From positions 1 to 64,000 of the IMG/VR virus record IMGVR_UViG_2731957752_000002: a stretch of 64,000 nucleotides of DNA, one strand, 5' to 3'. Positions 61,720 through 64,000 of the stretch are shown in pieces. Every line of letters begins with the position of its first letter. Position 1 is the stretch's first letter. A model generated the notes under the pieces. The model saw nothing but the letters and a program-made list of their open reading frames with translations, made no database searches and had not been told where the DNA came from. This DNA comes from a virus. Taxonomy: Duplodnaviria > Caudoviricetes. The translations under genes and the position numbers were made by a program.

Positions 61720-62637
61720 ATGGCTAATACCCTGCTTACCCCCGATGTTCTGGCGCGGGCCGCTCTGGCGAACCTGTACGAGCAGTTGTGCATGGTGCCG
61801 CTGGTGTACACGGATGTTTCGTCCGATTTCACTCGGACCAAGGTCGGCGAGACCGTGAACATCCGGAAGCCCGCGACCTTCACCGCGAACACCTTCGATC
61901 GGTCCAGCGGCATCACCATTCAGAACGCGACTGAGACCAGCGTCCCGGTCGTGCTGAACACCATCAAGGACGTGTCGTTCGCGGTCACCTCGGAAGACCT
62001 GACCCTCCACCTGGAGGACTTCACCGAGCAGCTGCTGAAGCCCGCCATGGAAGCACTGGCCCAGTCGATCGACCGCGCCATCATCGCGCAGGCGAAGGCC
62101 GACTTCACCCAGGTCGCGGGCACCCAGACCGGTTTCGAGTGGAACAAGCCCGAAGTCCTCATCGAAGCGCGGCGCCAGCTCGACATCAAGAACGTCCCGA
62201 ACTCGGAGTGCGCGGCTGTTGTCGGCCCCACGACCAAGGCGAACTGGCTGAACTCCGACTGGCTGAAGCACGCCGACAAGAGCGGTTCGACCGAGGCACT
62301 GCGCAAGGGCTCGATCGGCACCGACCTCCTGAGCTTCGACGCCTTCATGACCCAGAACATTGTCCAGCCTGCGGGTTCGCCGGCGACCGGTCAGCCGACC
62401 ACCGAGGTGGGTTTGGCGTTCCACCGGACTGCACTGGCGCTTGCTTCGGCTCCGCTGGCTCTGCCGAGCGACCAGGGCTGGGCCGCGGTCGAGTCGTACA
62501 AGGGTCTGTCGCTGCGGCTGGTGAAGCGCTACGACATCGTCAAGAAGCAGGACGTCTGCTCTCTGGACATCCTGTTCGGCACCAAGACCCTCGACGCGAA
62601 CCGCGGCGTTCTGCTGCGCGGCGCTCTGGCTGCCTAA
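61720..62637 (+). CDS. Major capsid protein (HK97 fold, P22-coat-like family)
   Basis: MANTLLTPDV, GETVNIRKP, LAFHRTALALAS, LDILFG; follows scaffold; hairpin downstream. Confidence 0.93.
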   Translation: MANTLLTPDVLARAALANLYEQLCMVPLVYTDVSSDFTRTKVGETVNIRKPATFTANTFDRSSGITIQNATETSVPVVLNTIKDVSFAVTSEDLTLHLEDFTEQLLKPAMEALAQSIDRAIIAQAKADFTQVAGTQTGFEWNKPEVLIEARRQLDIKNVPNSECAAVVGPTTKANWLNSDWLKHADKSGSTEALRKGSIGTDLLSFDAFMTQNIVQPAGSPATGQPTTEVGLAFHRTALALASAPLALPSDQGWAAVESYKGLSLRLVKRYDIVKKQDVCSLDILFGTKTLDANRGVLLRGALAA

Positions 62638-62643
62638 TCCCGT

Positions 62644-62677
62644 GCCCGTGCCGCCTACTTCGGTGGGCGGCACGGGC
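62644..62677 (+). terminator. UUCG-capped hairpin after capsid gene
   Basis: GCCCGTGCCGCCTAC-TTCG-GTGGGCGGCACGGGC. Confidence 0.7.
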
Positions 62678-62716
62678 GCCGGTCGGTCGCCGTAATCCGT
62701 TTGGAGACAACGACAA

Positions 62717-62920
62717 GTGTCCTATTGCTACAAGTATCTGGGCGACGATCAGGATCTGGTGGTCGAGTCCGACGAGCCGCGCCCTGATCTGCTGGAGTGG
62801 GCGTACTGGGCTGAAGTCCCCGCGCCCGTCGTGAAGCCCGAGCCGAGGCCGGAAGCCGAGTCGGAACCGGTGAAGCCTGCCCGTAAGCCGCGCGCCGCGA
62901 AGGCGGCGGAGGTCGAGTAA
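62717..62920 (+). CDS. Small virion-region hypothetical protein
   Basis: GGAG SD; between capsid and adaptor. Confidence 0.6.
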   Translation: MSYCYKYLGDDQDLVVESDEPRPDLLEWAYWAEVPAPVVKPEPRPEAESEPVKPARKPRAAKAAEVE

Positions 62921-62922
62921 CC

Positions 62923-63345
62923 GTGCTGACCTACGCCGTACCGGACGACCTTGCAGACGGCTGGATCATCGGCGACCTGCCAGACGACGCGACCGCGAAC
63001 GTCTTGATCCGGTACGCCTCACAGTTGGTGCGGAAAGCAACTCGGCTCGACCTCTACGAAGTCGACCCCGCCGGATTGCCCACCGAACCCGACGTGATCG
63101 AGGCCATGCGCGACGCCACCTGCGTTCACGTGGCCATGTGGCACACCGCTGGCATCAACCCTGCTGGGGGCGCGGTCGGTCGAGAGGTTGCGATCAAGTC
63201 GCAGACCGCAGATGGCGGATCCACCACCTATATGGATGCGCCGAGCGCGGAGGAGATTCAGCGTTCGCTGGAGTACCTGTGCGCGGCGGGCATCGACATC
63301 CTCCGCAACGCGGGGCTTGCGTCGACGAGGCCGTGCACATGGTGA
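62923..63345 (+). CDS. Head-to-tail adaptor
   Basis: Position; LIRYASQLV...DATC...DILRNAGL. Confidence 0.75.
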   Translation: MLTYAVPDDLADGWIIGDLPDDATANVLIRYASQLVRKATRLDLYEVDPAGLPTEPDVIEAMRDATCVHVAMWHTAGINPAGGAVGREVAIKSQTADGGSTTYMDAPSAEEIQRSLEYLCAAGIDILRNAGLASTRPCTW

Positions 63346-63719
63346 GGTACGCAGCCCCGAAGTTCACCAACGGGACGATGCTGACCGTCGTCCGCCGCGG
63401 TACAGCGAACGACCGGAACTGGGAAGGCGACTACGAAACACCAACGGAGTCGACACATCAGATCGGCCCTTGCGACATGAAGTGGCTGACCGACACCGAG
63501 GACAACTCCACCGGTGAACTGTTGCAGCGGCTCGCCCAAATCACAGCCCCGCTCGGCTCGGATGTGCTGGCTACGGATGGGATTCGGGTGCCTGGCATCA
63601 CTGAAGACTTCGTGATCGACGGCGCTGTCCGGATGACCCCTAATCCGTTCACTGGTTGGGCGACGGGGGTTCGGTTTCGGATCGCGAAGGACGGCGGCAG
63701 TGGAATACGACAGCGCTGA
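63339..63719 (+). CDS. Head-to-tail stopper / head closure protein
   Basis: Position; beta-rich, NPFTGW motif. Confidence 0.65.
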   Translation: MVRYAAPKFTNGTMLTVVRRGTANDRNWEGDYETPTESTHQIGPCDMKWLTDTEDNSTGELLQRLAQITAPLGSDVLATDGIRVPGITEDFVIDGAVRMTPNPFTGWATGVRFRIAKDGGSGIRQR

Positions 63720-63999
63720 CTTCGACCTCGACACCACGTTCATGCGGACCTCGCCGGAACTCACCGAGTTCGTGCACGAGATCGCGGAACAGGGCGCGGA
63801 CAGGTGGGCAGCGCGCAGTAAGTGGAGGACGGGCTTTAACGCAACCAGCGTGTCCGCACATTCCGGCCCCGGCGAATCTGGCGACATCGAAGGCGTCACC
63901 TACGCCTCCGGCTACTACTCCCGCTTCCGCGAGCACGGCACCCGCTGGAACCGGCCCGAGCATGTGATGCACGACTTCATCCGAGACGTGGAGGGGTGA
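63700..63999 (+). CDS. Neck / tail-completion protein
   Basis: RTG...YSRFREHGT pattern; position. Confidence 0.6.
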   Translation: MEYDSADFDLDTTFMRTSPELTEFVHEIAEQGADRWAARSKWRTGFNATSVSAHSGPGESGDIEGVTYASGYYSRFREHGTRWNRPEHVMHDFIRDVEG

Positions 64000-64000
64000 C

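Larger units (their letters stand above)
1..64000. mobile_element. Temperate actinobacteriophage / prophage region (siphovirus-like, P22-coat-type capsid)
   Basis: Repressor, RecET, replication, terminase, portal, scaffold, capsid and head-tail genes in canonical order; dense small overlapping ORFs; no host housekeeping context at either end. Confidence 0.97.

Overview
High-GC (actinobacterial, probably Nocardia/Rhodococcus-type host) temperate siphophage or prophage segment. Order: immunity repressor (1-486), RecE/RecT-type recombination and replication module with an iteron origin, a C5 DNA methyltransferase, about 30 kb of short accessory genes including a leftward block (about 18.5-25.5 kb), a Ro60/TROVE gene preceded by three Y-RNA-like elements, phosphoesterase/MazG/Dam genes, a full-length glycyl-tRNA synthetase followed by tRNA genes and unexplained structured RNA, then HNH, terminase, portal, scaffold, major capsid and head-tail genes. 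No integrase, att site, lysis cassette or tail genes are visible. Most unusual: (1) a 168-aa early-region paralog of the phage's own major capsid protein with two clean internal deletions, a possible capsid decoy or assembly inhibitor; (2) three Y RNAs with different cargo modules plus Ro60, RNA end-healing-type enzymes, GlyRS and tRNAs, a possible translation-protection kit; (3) a shared promoter/operator element linking these modules; (4) a tRNA-like mini-element followed by a three-codon minigene. All family assignments come from motif recognition by eye; no searches were run.
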